From NCBI GenBank assembly GCA_951406725.2, contig OX597816.1, positions 128,898,001 through 128,962,000 on the forward strand: DNA of 64,000 bases, in the 5' to 3' direction. The notes below the pieces were generated by a model. The model had not been told where the DNA came from and did not search any database. It saw only the letters and a program-made list of their open reading frames with translations. Of the stretch, positions 1 through 12,006 are shown piece after piece (position 1 is the first letter of the stretch; each line of letters begins with the position of its first letter). This DNA comes from Octopus vulgaris (Eukaryota). Made by a program: the position numbers and the translations under genes.

Positions 1-149
1 GATTAGGAGCACTCAGAACAGGCATGTCCCTTGTCTGCCCTGCATATATATATATATTTTTTTTTTTTTATTCTATAATTTTTTTACACATTTTAGCCCT
101 AAGGTTGTGGCCATGTTGGAGCACTGCCAGTGTTATCAATTTTACAATG

Positions 150-330
150 GCAAAATCTTATGTGATTGGCTTTTGGTGAAGGTTGGGGTTCAACATTGCT
201 GCCCTCTTTTGAGTTTCTTGCCGTGATATAGGATTATCTGTGACATTAGATAGCTGGAGGTCAAGTCATTTCTTGAAAACATCCCTCAGATATTTTGTCA
301 AGGTATTCTGAAACCTCCCTTACCCTCATT
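150..330 (-). mobile_element. Degenerate C-terminal fragment of a CR1/L2-like LINE ORF2
   Basis: Minus strand reads FKK*LDLQLSNVTDNPISRQETQKRAAM, resembling the FKxxLDxxLxxxPDxP end of the LINE fragment at 990-1500. Confidence 0.4.
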
Positions 331-495
331 CTTATAGCAGTCAGATACAACCATAGTTTTGGCCAGTTAGCAACTGAACTTCACAACCTCATATGTTCTT
401 AAAATTTAAATCTACATCTTTATCTGTATATCTACCTTCTCTAAAATGTTACTACTTGATTTGAAAGCTTTTATATTATTGGAAAACCTTTATAA

Positions 496-581
496 TTGGC
501 TGAAGAGCACTCAGCATCTTAAATCTGCTGTAATTCTTACAACTTTTAATAAAATGTTGTAGTGCGAAACAATTGTACCAA
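496..581 (+). ncRNA. Minimal type I hammerhead ribozyme, canonical core
   Basis: ttgg-CTGAAGA-gcact...agtgc-GAAA-caattg-TA-ccaa: stem I ttgg/ccaa, stem II closed by gcact/agtgc, palindromic stem III, GUA cleavage triplet. Confidence 0.85.
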
Positions 582-716
582 ATTACCGGAGTCATTCTTG
601 TTGCTTATTTTTGATTATAATCACCCCGCAAATTTTTATGGGTAACACCATACAAAATTCTGGTGCATCTAAATTAAGTACCATATTCATTTGAATCTAA
701 ATTGTTGCTGATCTTA

Positions 717-741
717 CATATATATATATATATATATAAAA

Positions 742-810
<69 letters not shown>

Positions 811-872
811 AACACACATGCACACACACACACACATGCGCATGCACACATACACATATATATATATATATA
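717..872. repeat. Compound (TA)n/(CA)n microsatellite, one of dozens in the window
   Basis: Direct inspection. Confidence 0.95.
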
Positions 873-989
873 AAACTTAGATAAAAACTTAGATATGTTT
901 TGACCAAAGATTGGTCCAGGCCATATCTAACTTAATAGCACCACCTGATAGGACTATCTATATCCTTTTTAAGTCAAGTTTTGTTTATG

Positions 990-1500
990 GTCCATTCAAG
1001 TAGTGAATTCTTGTTGAATGAGTTGTATCCAGGTATGGGTGGCTTATCTGGTATTCCTTGAAGAAATCTATCCAGACTCTGTTTAAAGGTGATGGGATCC
1101 TTTTCCTCTTTAATCAGTTTTGGGACAATGTTAAACAGGGCAGGGCCTGTTGAGGAAAAGAAATTTATGTCGCAGTGTATCTATATGTTGTGATCCTGAA
1201 TTAGAAAGGGGACACATGGCCCTTGGTACCAGCCTTGGATGAACCTTGAAACTAATGTTCAGGTCGTTTGGGCAATGCTGGCAGTATATTCTCCACATCG
1301 TACAAATGATATACCACTCGCAGCGGCGCTGGAGAGAGTAGAGTTTCAAGGCTTTAAGGCGGTCCTAGTAATCGAGATCAGTCATGCCTTCAATTTGTTT
1401 AGTGAGTGCCCTCTGGGGTGATTCAATCCTGGAGATGTTTTGTTTTGTATGGGGAGACCACAAGGGGCAGCAGTATTCAAGGTGTGGCCATACAAAGGAG
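990..1500 (-). mobile_element. CR1/L2-type LINE, 3' part of ORF2 (decayed)
   Basis: FVWPHLEYCCPLWSPH...IESPQRALTKQIEG...DY*DRLKALKLYSLQRR...FKQSLDRFLQGIPDKP, typical post-RT region; has stops and frameshifts. Confidence 0.85.
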
Positions 1501-3400
1501 GAGAAAAGTGGAATGAGTTGGTAGGTGTATGTTTGCTGATGAAAGAGAGAGAAAGAGTGAGTCAGAAACAGATTACTCACTCAAGTATAATGGCTGGAGC
1601 CTCCTTTCATACTCAACAATGCTCAAGCAACAAGGGAAATATATCAGACCATCTGGTGGTATCTGATATCCAGTAGTTCTTTCTCTTTTATCAGTAAACA
1701 TGTAGATGCTATTAGTATTTCTCACTTGTGTGGTAGGCAACCTTTCCATGCTACTCCACCACTCCACCAACAAGTTACCAAAATGTCACTCCAATCACTC
1801 TTTTTCTCGTTTGATATCACATTTCTTTCTCCCTTCTATTTTGGTTCATATTCTCCTATCACCCTCATTGCAGATCATTCTGCTCATAATGTTGCCTCAA
1901 TCAAAGATAACATGCAGTGGATAGGATGAATTCCTTTTATCTTGCAAGGAACCAGGTCACTTTACTGGTTCTACACTATTAGCTTTTAAACAATTATGTA
2001 GACCTAGCAAGATATACAATGTCTGAAAAGATAGCTGGGATGATTATGGCTGCGTCAAAAGCTTACTCAATCAGAGCTGATCTAGGCCAAAACAATAACA
2101 ACTATATTTACTCTATTTTTGGATGGTATATGTTATTGGAGATTTGATTTCTGGAGAGTTGACTCCATTTTGCAAGAACACAATATTACTGACAACTCAG
2201 AATTCATAAAACATAAAGTAATCATTCATTTAGCAATTGCATTTCTTCATGCAAATATTAGACATCTTCCAATACTAGATATTGCAAATGAAATTCCATC
2301 TTTTCAAGAAGTTTCTGAAACCCAGTACATAAATTTATGGATATCTAAAACAAACAGTTTTCTATATCTTCAATGACATATGAAACAAGTTTATATCCCT
2401 AAAGTTCTTCACATTATTGTTTAAATGTCACAAATATATAATCCATGTGATAGTAATTTGGCAAATGAAATTTTAGTTCAAGACATTTTATTTCTTTACA
2501 CATCTCATGTATATAATTATTTATATCTTATTAAATTTCATCGAGCCATTTAATTTATTTTAATAATTTCATTTACCTGTACAGACATAAAATTTATGTA
2601 GTTTTCTTAACACTTCTCCAAGAGAATTCCCAATGTGGAAGTAACATTAAATCATGGTATTAAAGTTGTACATGCAGAAGGTTTTGCTAATTAATAACCT
2701 ATGTAACATTTCTCAGAAATAACTCCCCAGTTAATGTCTTGCATATGAATCAGTGCATCAGAATGAATTGTCACTGATATATCAGTCATATTGGCAAAAT
2801 ATTTTAAATGATTTGAGGGTAATTGCAATGTGTATTATCTATTATCTAAGTCTTCAAATTTTGTCAAGGTTAACTTTGTCTTTTGTCCTTCTGCAGGGTG
2901 TCAATGAAATAAGTACCAGTTATACACTGGGCGTGATGTAATCAACTATCTCTCTCTCCCAAAATTTAAGGCCTTGTGCCTATAGTAGAAACGATTATTT
3001 GTTATCGATTTACATCACAAAATCTATAATTGTAACATTTACAAAATATAACATACTTCAGTATTTATGCCTATCTTCTTAAGCATCTCCTGGCAAAGTA
3101 TTTCAGATATTTCTCTTCAACTAAAATTCAGATGGAATAATGATTAACTTTAAGGGAAAACAATTATGGATTTAATATCTTTTCTTATAGGAGTATGCTA
3201 GAAATTAACTGAGGTCATTGATAATTACTTATATAATTATGTACATTATGAAAATGATCATGTCCACTTTGAATATTTTTATTACCTTGAAAAATTTATA
3301 TTTACTGGGTAGATATTAAGGACCCAACCCAAATGTTTAACTATATGTCTACAAAATACTTCTGCAAAAGCAACATTGCCAGGAAAATATTAAATATATA

Positions 3401-3840
3401 GGCGCAGGCATGACTGTGGGATAAGAAGCTTGTTTCACAATCACAAGGCTCTGGGTTCAGTTCCTCTGCATGGCACCTTGCCTAAGTGTCTTCTACAACC
3501 CTGGGCTGACCAAAGCCTTGTGAGTGGGTTTCATAGATGGAAAATGAAAGAAGCCCATTGTGTGTGTGTGTGTGTATGTGTGTGCATGCATGCATTTGTG
3601 TGCCTTTTTATCTGTTTGTCCCACCACCACTTGACAATCAGTGTTGTGTTTACATCCCTATAATTTAGCAGTTTGGCAAAAGAACCCAATAGAATGAATA
3701 CTAGGCTTAAAAAAATAAGTCTTGGTGGCGGCGGCGGTGGTGGTGGTGGTGGTAGGGTGGGGGAGTCATTTGTTTGACTAAAACCCTTCAAGGTGGTGCC
3801 CCAGTAAATGACTAAAACCAGTAAAAGAGAAAAGATAAAA
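3401..3840 (+). mobile_element. SINE family A (tRNA-derived, internal (TG)n tract), near full length
   Basis: Head ggcgcagg...ggttcagt (A/B-box-like), accttg...aagtgtcttctac body, internal microsatellite, tail atgactaaaaccagtaaaag; many homologous copies in window. Confidence 0.85.
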
Positions 3841-3954
3841 GGACATGTTAAAATAGTATACAAAATGGACACAAATATTGTAAACACACCACTGAACCTT
3901 CATTCATAATTAAATGCAAGACAACACTCAAAATATAATTAACAAATTATCTCT

Positions 3955-4160
3955 AATAATCCTTCCTACTATGGGCACAAAGCCTGAAACTTGTGTGGGG
4001 GGGATAATCGATTACATTGATCGCAGTACTCAGCTGGTACTTGTTTTATTGACCCTGAAAAGATGCAAAGCGAAGTTGACCTCGGCAGAATTTGAACTCA
4101 GAACATAAAGATGGATGAAATACTGTTAAGCATTTTGCCCAGCATGCTAACGATTCTGCT
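3955..4160 (-). mobile_element. SINE family B copy
   Basis: Reverse complement matches 45241-45460 (gagttcaaattc..gaggtcaactt..gcatctttc..aagtaccag). Confidence 0.75.
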
Positions 4161-4412
4161 GCCTCTCTGCCTTAAAAAAATTATTTCTAATAATGTCTCT
4201 AGCTTATTGTTATTAATTTTTCTTATTACTTTCAAAATATGCTCAGAAGTGTATGTTGGTATGATAGTGTCTTTTCTTAAATCAGGCTCCACCAAAAAAT
4301 TAGTCTCTACATATTTTCACAGCTTACTGGTATACGGCTCTCATATAGATATTTCGAATATCATTTATATTACTGTATACCACCACTGGCATAACAATTC
4401 TAATAATTATAC

Positions 4413-4549
4413 TTTTTACTTTGGAAATATCACATCATAAAAATATATTTAAGAGTATTCTAAGATAAGATCTCTAGACACTGGATAAAACAGTTCATTC
4501 TGTCTATAAAACATCAGACATGAGAAAACCATAAATTTCCAAAACATTT
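4413..4549 (+). repeat. ~135-bp segment directly duplicated at 8358-8500
   Basis: Shared ggaaat..cacatcataaaaatatattt..atctctagacactggataaaacagttcattc..ctataaaacatcagaca..gagaaaa..ccaaaacattt. Confidence 0.9.
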
Positions 4550-4624
4550 GATGCTAGATCTGTCCACAATAGCAAAATTGTTAATGCTCCCTAACAATCA
4601 CACCCCAGCTGAATGGGTATTGCC

Positions 4625-4905
4625 TTGCAAGTGCCCTCATGCTAGTCCATGTAAAAAGCACCCAAGCTGGTCCACATATAGAGCACCTGTGCCAGCACAT
4701 GCAAAAAAGCACCCATGCTGGCCCACATAAAAAGCATCCAGCACACTCTGTAAAGTGGTTGACATTAGGAAGGGCATCCAGCCATAGAAATCAGGTCAAA
4801 TCAGATTGGAAACTGGTGCAGCTCTCCAGCTTGCCAACTCTGGTCAAACCATCCAACCCATGCCAATATGGAAAACAGACATTAAATGATGATAATGATG
4901 ATGAG
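4625..4905 (+). mobile_element. RTE LINE 3' UTR fragment
   Basis: aaaagcacc sub-repeats, gtggttgacattaggaagggcatccagcc, ends in ttaaatgatgataatgatgatga tail. Confidence 0.85.
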
Positions 4906-4969
4906 ATATATACAGGGAGAGAGAGAAGAGAAAGAGAGATTATGAGTATCGTATAAATGTGTGTATATA

Positions 4970-6300
4970 TATCATCATCATCATCATCGTTTAACATCCG
5001 TTTTCCGCGCTAGCACGGGTTGGACGGTTCGACCGGGGTCTGGGAAGCCAGGGGCCACTCCAGGCTCCAGTCTGAGTTTCTACGGCTGGATGCCCTTCCT
5101 AACGCCAACCACTCCGTGAGTGGATTGGGTGCTTTTTACGTGCCACCTGCACAGGGGCCGGGGGTTCCGGCATCGGTCACGATCGGTTCGAGCTTTTAAC
5201 GTGCCAGCGGCACGGGGGCAACTGGGTCCGGGGTACTTTGAGGATCCGGGGTACTTTGGGGATCCAGGGTACTTTGGGGATCCGGGGTACTTTGAATGGG
5301 TAGGGTGTATGTGGAATTGCTGCAGAAAGCAGCCCGGGTCTTTGCAGTCACAGCATATCTCCAGAGATCTCGGTCCTTCGCCATTGCCTCAGTGAGGCCC
5401 AATGCTCTGAGGTCATGCTTGACTACCTCATCCCATGTCTTCCTGGGTCTACCTCACCCCTTGATACCTTCAACTGTTTGGGAGTGGCACTTCTTCACAC
5501 ATCTCTCTTCATCCATCCGCAGCACATGACCATACCATCGCAAGCGTCGCTCTTGCACACCACATCTGATGCTTCTTATATCCAGCATTTCTCTTAGGAT
5601 GCTTACACTCTGTCTTGCGTGCACACTGACACTACACATCCAGCGGATCATGCTAGCTTCATTTCTTTCAAGTCTACGCATGTCCTCTGCAGTCACAGCC
5701 CATGTTTCATTACCGTGAAGCATGGCAGTTCGCACACATGCATCATACAATCTACCTTTCGCTCTGAGGGAGAGACCTTTTGTTGCCAGTAGGGGTAGGA
5801 GCTTTCTGAACTTTGCCCAGGCTATTCGTATTCTAGTGGTGATACTCTCTGTGCATCCACCTCCGCTACTAACGTGGTCACCCAGGTAGCAGAAACTATC
5901 AACTACTTCTAGTTTCTCTCCCTGGAGTGTGATGGAATCTGTTTTCTGAGTGTCTGTTGTGTCTATTGTCCCTGTGCATCTGCCGCACATGAAAGCTATC
6001 TTATCTGTTAATTTCCCTTTAATGTTGCTGCACCTCTTATGTGTCCATAACTTACATTGGGTGCATCTTATGGAGTTTCTACCTGTACCTTTCCTACAGA
6101 TTGAGCAGGGCCACCTACCCGAGGGGGTGTGTGCTGAGTACCTCTTGCTGCTTACTAATACTTTGGTCTTTGCTACATTTATTCTAAGGCCCTTTGATTC
6201 CAACCCTTGCTTCCACACCCAAAATTTCTCTTCTAGTTCCGGTAGTGATTCTGCTATGAGAGCTAGGTCATCGGCATAGAGGAGCTCCCAGGGGCATCCC
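4970..6300 (-). mobile_element. 5'-truncated RTE-clade LINE: RT C-terminal half with PHD insert, 3' UTR and (GAT)n tail
   Basis: ORF 5454-6356: LLYADDLALIAES, INVAKTKV, VDSFCYLG, RIRIAWAKFR, RRLRWYGHVLRM, then frameshifted GRPRKTW; tail reads (atc)n at 4971-4988. Confidence 0.93.
5223..5294 (+). repeat. 4 x 18-bp tandem repeat (gggatccggggtactttg) inside the RTE 3' region
   Basis: Direct inspection; reads as (QSTPDP)n on the minus strand. Confidence 0.95.
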
Positions 6301-7179
6301 ACACACACACAAATATATATACACATACACACACACACATATATATATACACACATATATATATATATTTATATATATATATATACATATATAGATATAT
6401 AAATCTTTACTTTGATAGTCAGTAATTCATACTATTCAGCAATTTTGTAAGTTTATATAATCATTGGTAAAGTTTGAAAATTAAATGTGATTTGTTTATA
6501 AGAACTGACAGAAAACCCTTATGTTTGCTCTTTTATTAATGATGATGACAATCAAATTATTGAAGCCAAACAGAAATTCACAATAAGGTTTGGTGCACAG
6601 CCATCAAATGATATGAGAATCATACTAACATGTGAATTTCTTTTTTATTTGATATTTTGTTTGTGCTTTTTAAACTTTGCCAGAAAACACATAAAATATG
6701 GATTATATGACAACTGAGTAAGAATTCTGGAATGAAATAAAGGATTTTTGTTTAATAAGAAATAGTTCAATGAAATAGTTCAAAATACTCTTCATCTCAT
6801 AAATGAGTGTGGCATTAAGGTTTTGAACTACTGGCGCCCATCATCCCATCATCATAATCTGGAATCTTAACAACAACATGCACACATGTCAATGCTAGAT
6901 TGAAAGTCAATGTTAGAGTGAAAGATAATAACAGGAGACATTTGAGATTTCAGTCACACTTCAATAATAATTTCTACTCAGAAATTCATAAAGCATTTAT
7001 CAAATGTACCTGAATCATTTTTGTGATTTATACAGTTAGTGTCATTAGGTTCATATCCAGTATTTTAAAAGAAATATGGTTATTTATCAATGAAAACAAG
7101 CATTTAGTGGCTTTTTGGATGCATTTAAAATAAACATATTTAGAATGCATTTAAATTAGATATATTTTTTTTAAATATA

Positions 7180-7732
7180 GCAGGAGTGGCTGTGTGGTAA
7201 GTAGCTTGCTTACCAACCACATGGTTCCGGGTTCAGTCCCACTGCATGGCACCTCGGGCGAGTGTCTTCTACTATAGCCTCGGGCTGACCAAAGCCTTGT
7301 GAGTGGATTTGGTAGACGGATAATGAAAGAAGCCCGTCATATATATGTATGTATATATACAAAATGAGAAAATGGAGAAATATATCTAAATCAATCATCA
7401 ACTATCAGATAATACCCAATCAATACTTTATCAAACCACTACACAATAGCAATGATATTATACATTAATATAGTACAAATATAACAAGACATAGAAATAG
7501 AAATATATATATATGTGTGTGTTTGTGTGTCTGTGTTTGTCTCCCTAGCATTGCTTGACAACCGATGCTGGTGTGTTTATGTCCCCGTCACTTAGCGGCT
7601 CGACAAAAGAGACCGATAGAATAAGTACTGGGCTTACAAAGAATAAGTCCCGGGGTCGATTTGCTCGATTAAAGGTGGTGCTCCAGCATGGCCGCAGTCA
7701 AATGACTGAAACAAGTAAAAGAGTAAAGAGTA
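7180..7732 (+). mobile_element. SINE family A, with ~170 bp extra sequence in its internal microsatellite
   Basis: 5' half 7180-7345 and 3' half 7515-7732 match the other family A copies. Confidence 0.85.
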
Positions 7733-7780
7733 ACTATTGCTTAATATTGGTTCCAGAGAATTTTTCACTTTCAGTATTTC

Positions 7781-8202
7781 TTTTATTCTTTTGCTTGTTT
7801 CAGTCATTTGACTGTTGCCATGCTGAAGTACTGCCTTAAAGGGTTTTAGTCGAATGAATCGACCCTAGGACTTATTTTTTTGTAAGCCTAATACTTATTC
7901 TATCAGTCTGTTTTGCCAAACTACTAAGTTACAAGGACATAAACACACAAACATCAGTTGTCAAGTGATGGTTGAGGAACAAACACAAAGACAGACACAT
8001 AAATACACACACACACACACATATAAATTTATATATACAACAGGCTTCTTTCAGCTCCTGTCTGCCAAATAGACTCACAAGGCTTTGGTCGGCCCAAGGC
8101 TATAGTAGAAAACACGTGCCCAAGGTGCCAAGCAGTGGGACTGAACTCAGAACCATGTGGTTGGGAAGTAAGTGACTTACCAAAGAGCCACATCTGTGCC
8201 TA
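7781..8202 (-). mobile_element. SINE family A, full length, tail-to-tail with the previous copy
   Basis: Reverse complement of family A consensus. Confidence 0.9.
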
Positions 8203-8597
8203 TGTACTTTTTACTTAAATGATCACAGGATTTTGATGTATCATTGCAGCTTCAACCAGTTCATTTTATGAAGGATATTGTACAAAAGATATTGTAAACA
8301 AAATCCTGTTTTATTTAAGCAAACATGAAACATAAATAGTGTAATAGTGTAAAATACGTTTTTCTTTTTGGAAATAACACATCATAAAAATATATTTAGA
8401 AGGTGTATTCAAAGATAAAAATCTCTAGACACTGGATAAAACAGTTCATTCCTTCTATAAAACATCAGACACGAGAAAAGTGTAAGTTCCCAAAACATTT
8501 ACTACTAAAAACATCTACTTGAAAGATTTAATGATAAAACAGAATTAGAAAAAGGCCTTAAGCCACAAGCCAATTGACATTAAGAGGCAAGTCATCC

Positions 8598-8629
<32 letters not shown>

Positions 8630-8699
8630 TTATATATATATGTGTGTGTTGGGGGAGAGGGTGTACGTGTGTGTGTGTATGTATGTATATATCTTTGCC

Positions 8700-9030
8700 T
8701 TTTATCTTTTGCTTGTTTCAGTCATTAGACTGTGGCCATGCTGGGGCACTGCCTTGAATGAGTTAGTCAAACAAATCGTTCTCAGTACTTTTTTTTTAAA
8801 GCCTGGTACTTATTCTATTGGTTTCCTTTTGCCAAACTGCTAAGTTGCAGGGATGCAAACAAGCCAACACTGGTTGTCAAGCAATGGTGGGGGACAAACA
8901 CAAACACACAAAGATATACACGTGCACATACACACATACACACACACACACGCACACATGTATTTGATAGGCTTCTTTCAGTTTCCATCTACTGAAACCA
9001 CTCACAAGGCTTCGGTTAGCCCAAGGCTAA
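8700..9030 (-). mobile_element. SINE family A, 5'-truncated
   Basis: cttgtttcagtcattagactgtggccatgctgg...ctcacaaggctt. Confidence 0.8.
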
Positions 9031-9799
9031 AGCATCATTATGTTTGAGTTCAAATCTTGTTGGGGGTAGACTTTGCCCTTCTTTCCTTGGGCAGCTTAAT
9101 CCACTATTGCTGTCCCTGAAAAACATGGCTGAAATAATTATGTAATCTAATGTTCTAATTATAATTGAGATAATTTGGCCACTAAGGTAAAGTTGTATTG
9201 TTAGGAAGTTTGCTTTACAGCTACATGCTACCGGGTTAAATCTCTCTATGACATCTTGGGCAAGTAAGTGTTTTCCACCTTAGCCTGATGTTAACCAATG
9301 CCTTGTGGATTGTAGATGTGTCCTTATGTCCACATCCATGTCCGTGTTTATGGTTAAAACTAGTATCAATGCTGTAACATAGCTTAACCATTCAGAAATA
9401 TAAGTAGACAGAATAAATTCTCAGAAGTGAGTAGTGGGCTCAATGTGACTAACTAAATTCTTGAAGTTGGTGTCCCAACTTCCATCCCATGACTGATAGG
9501 ACAAGTGCTAGGTTTAAAAAAAATAAGTCCTTGCATCAATGTGTTCAACTAAATTCCTTCAAGGTGTTGCTCCAGCATGGCTACACTCAAGTGACTGAAA
9601 CGGGTAAAAAAAAAAGAATAAGAGAATGAAAGAATAAAAGAATGCTGTCAGCTGCTTCTTTTTCTGTGATTTTGCTTGATTCTTTTGCTTTGGTTAATCT
9701 CTTGTTTGTGAAATAGCATTCATTTCTAAAATTTATTACATCTCTAACATCAAAATCTGCCTTCTGAAAATAATTTGGTCTATTTTTTATGTTTGTCTT

Positions 9800-10436
9800 T
9801 TATCTTTTACTTGTTTCAGTCATTAGACTGCGGCCATACTGGAGCATCATCATGAAGAGTTTTAGTCGTGTGAATCAGGCGCAGTACTTTCTTTCTTTCT
9901 TTTAAACCTAGTACTTATTCTGTTGGTCTCTTTTGCTAAACCACTAAGTTATGGAGATGTAAGCACTCCAGCACTAGTTGTCAAACAGTGGTAGGAAACA
10001 AACACAGACACAAACACACACACATGCATACGCGTCATTATCATCATCATTTAACATCCACTTTCCATGCTGGCATGGGTTGGACAATTTGACATGGAGC
10101 TGGCCGGCAGGGAGTTGTCCAGACTCCAACCGTTTGTTGTGGCATGGTCTCTATGGCTGGATGCCCTTCCTAATGCCAACCACTTTACAGAGTGTGCAGG
10201 GTACTTTATATGTGCCACCAGCATGGGTGTGTTTACACAACACCAGCACCTGAAAGGACTAGCCTGTATGTGTAGAAGACAGTGATCAGCTTCCACCTAC
10301 CAAATCCACTCACAAGGCTTTGGTCAGCCCAAGGCTATAGCAGAAGACACTTGCCCAAGATGCCATGCAGTTGGACTGAACCTGGAACTATGTGATTAGG
10401 AAGCAAGCTTCTTACCACAAAGCTATGCCTGTGCCT
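9800..10436 (-). mobile_element. SINE family A interrupted by an RTE 3' UTR fragment (~10040-10250)
   Basis: 3' half 9800-10020 and 5' half 10285-10436; the insert begins with an (atc)n tail and carries gctggatgcccttcctaatgccaaccac. Confidence 0.85.
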
Positions 10437-10815
10437 TTAACTAAAATTTTAAGAAATGATTGAGCAGTTAACATTAATTATGAAGTGCAGATGATTGATA
10501 ATCTAAAATGAGCTTGTAATTTTTGTAGTATCTTAGATTGAGGCTTCTTCACTTTGAGGTTAAATCATTTCAAGAACTTTGCTTCTATCCCTCCTAGTTC
10601 AAAAAAATAATTACCAATATCATTTTTTTGGATAGTACAAAACTGAAATGGTTCCAAAGCGAGAGAAATAATTACAATAATGATTGACATTTTTCTGCGA
10701 ATGTAAGCTTTCTTATACTTCTTTTTGACAATAAAATTTATTTCCGTCAGTTATGATGAATATGTCTGCTTTTATCTTATTTCTAAGAAATAAGCAAATG
10801 CACACACATGCATGC

Positions 10816-10850
<35 letters not shown>

Positions 10851-11299
10851 CACATGCATACAGACGCAGATTTGCATTTTCTAAAGAGATATAATCAATG
10901 TTTAAAGCTGTTCCCAACAGCATCTATCTGTTTTGAAGTATATAACATAATTTATTCAAAGGATTTCTTAGCTGATCATTAATTCAAGAAAAAATAATTC
11001 AAAATACTGGTTATCCATAGAGACTATTTCCAAGCCACATGATATTTTAGGAAACTGTTCTTCTCAAACAACAACTTGTTCATGAAAGCTGTTATTCCAG
11101 TGAGGTGTCTATTTTGAATACATTTTTCTTAGGGGATACCTTGTCCATGGAGACTGTTGTTTTAATTTAGAAACTATTTCTGGAAAATAGATTATCAAAT
11201 AAGAATTGGACAAAGAAAAATTTTTAAACAATCATAATAGTTATTTTAAAATGATACAGAACAGTTTCACTTTTTGTCTCTAAATCAATACATATATAT

Positions 11300-11543
11300 A
11301 TCATCATCATCATCATCATCGTTTAACGTCCGTTTTCCGCGCTAGCACGGGTTGGACGGTTCGACCGGGGTCTGGGAAGCCAGGGGCTGCACCAGGCTCC
11401 AGTCTGATCTGGCAGAGTTTCTACAGCTGGATGCCCTTCCTAACGCCAACCACTCCGCGAGTGTAGTGGGTGCTTTTTACGTGCCACCTGCACAGGTGCG
11501 AGGAGGGTCCGACATCGTCCATGATCGGTTGGAGCTTTTAACG
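11300..11543 (-). mobile_element. RTE LINE 3' end (young, CpG-rich)
   Basis: Near-identical to 4970-5200. Confidence 0.9.
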
Positions 11544-11600
<57 letters not shown>

Positions 11601-11601
<1 letters not shown>

Positions 11602-12006
11602 GTAAAGTTAGTCACCACATCAAAGTGGCTGCTGAATGTTACTACTAGTTTAACCCCAGGCAGATTCTCTGCCAGCTGGTTATTGGTGCAGCTCTGCACC
11701 CTTTATATACAATATATTGTTAGCAGGGGGAGTGAACCACTACCACCCTGTAGCAGGTTTCAGGATCACAAGACTGACTCAGTTTCAAGCTATTTGGATC
11801 ATCCCATGTTGCAAGCACCAGTACACCAGAGCAATAGCCAGAGTCTGATAATGCTAACAATACAATGTAAACAAAGTGACCAACAGTCACTGATTTGCAA
11901 CAAGCAAAATAGCTAGTTGTAAAATCTCATGAAGAGACAAGAGTAGTAACTATACTAAACAGTAAATCCAGTCACCACATCAAAATGACTGTTGAATGTT
12001 ACTATT
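11601..12006 (+). repeat. 360-bp unit bounded by 46-bp direct repeats, containing a decayed hammerhead-like motif
   Basis: agtaaa...agtcaccacatcaaa.tg.ctg.tgaatgttacta at 11601 and 11961 (39/46 identical by my count). Confidence 0.8.

Noticed and set aside
1533-1582. CTGATGA...GAAA match; also CTGANGA hits near 12506, 16174 and 52646
   Set aside because: No stem II or stem I pairing, or no downstream GAAA
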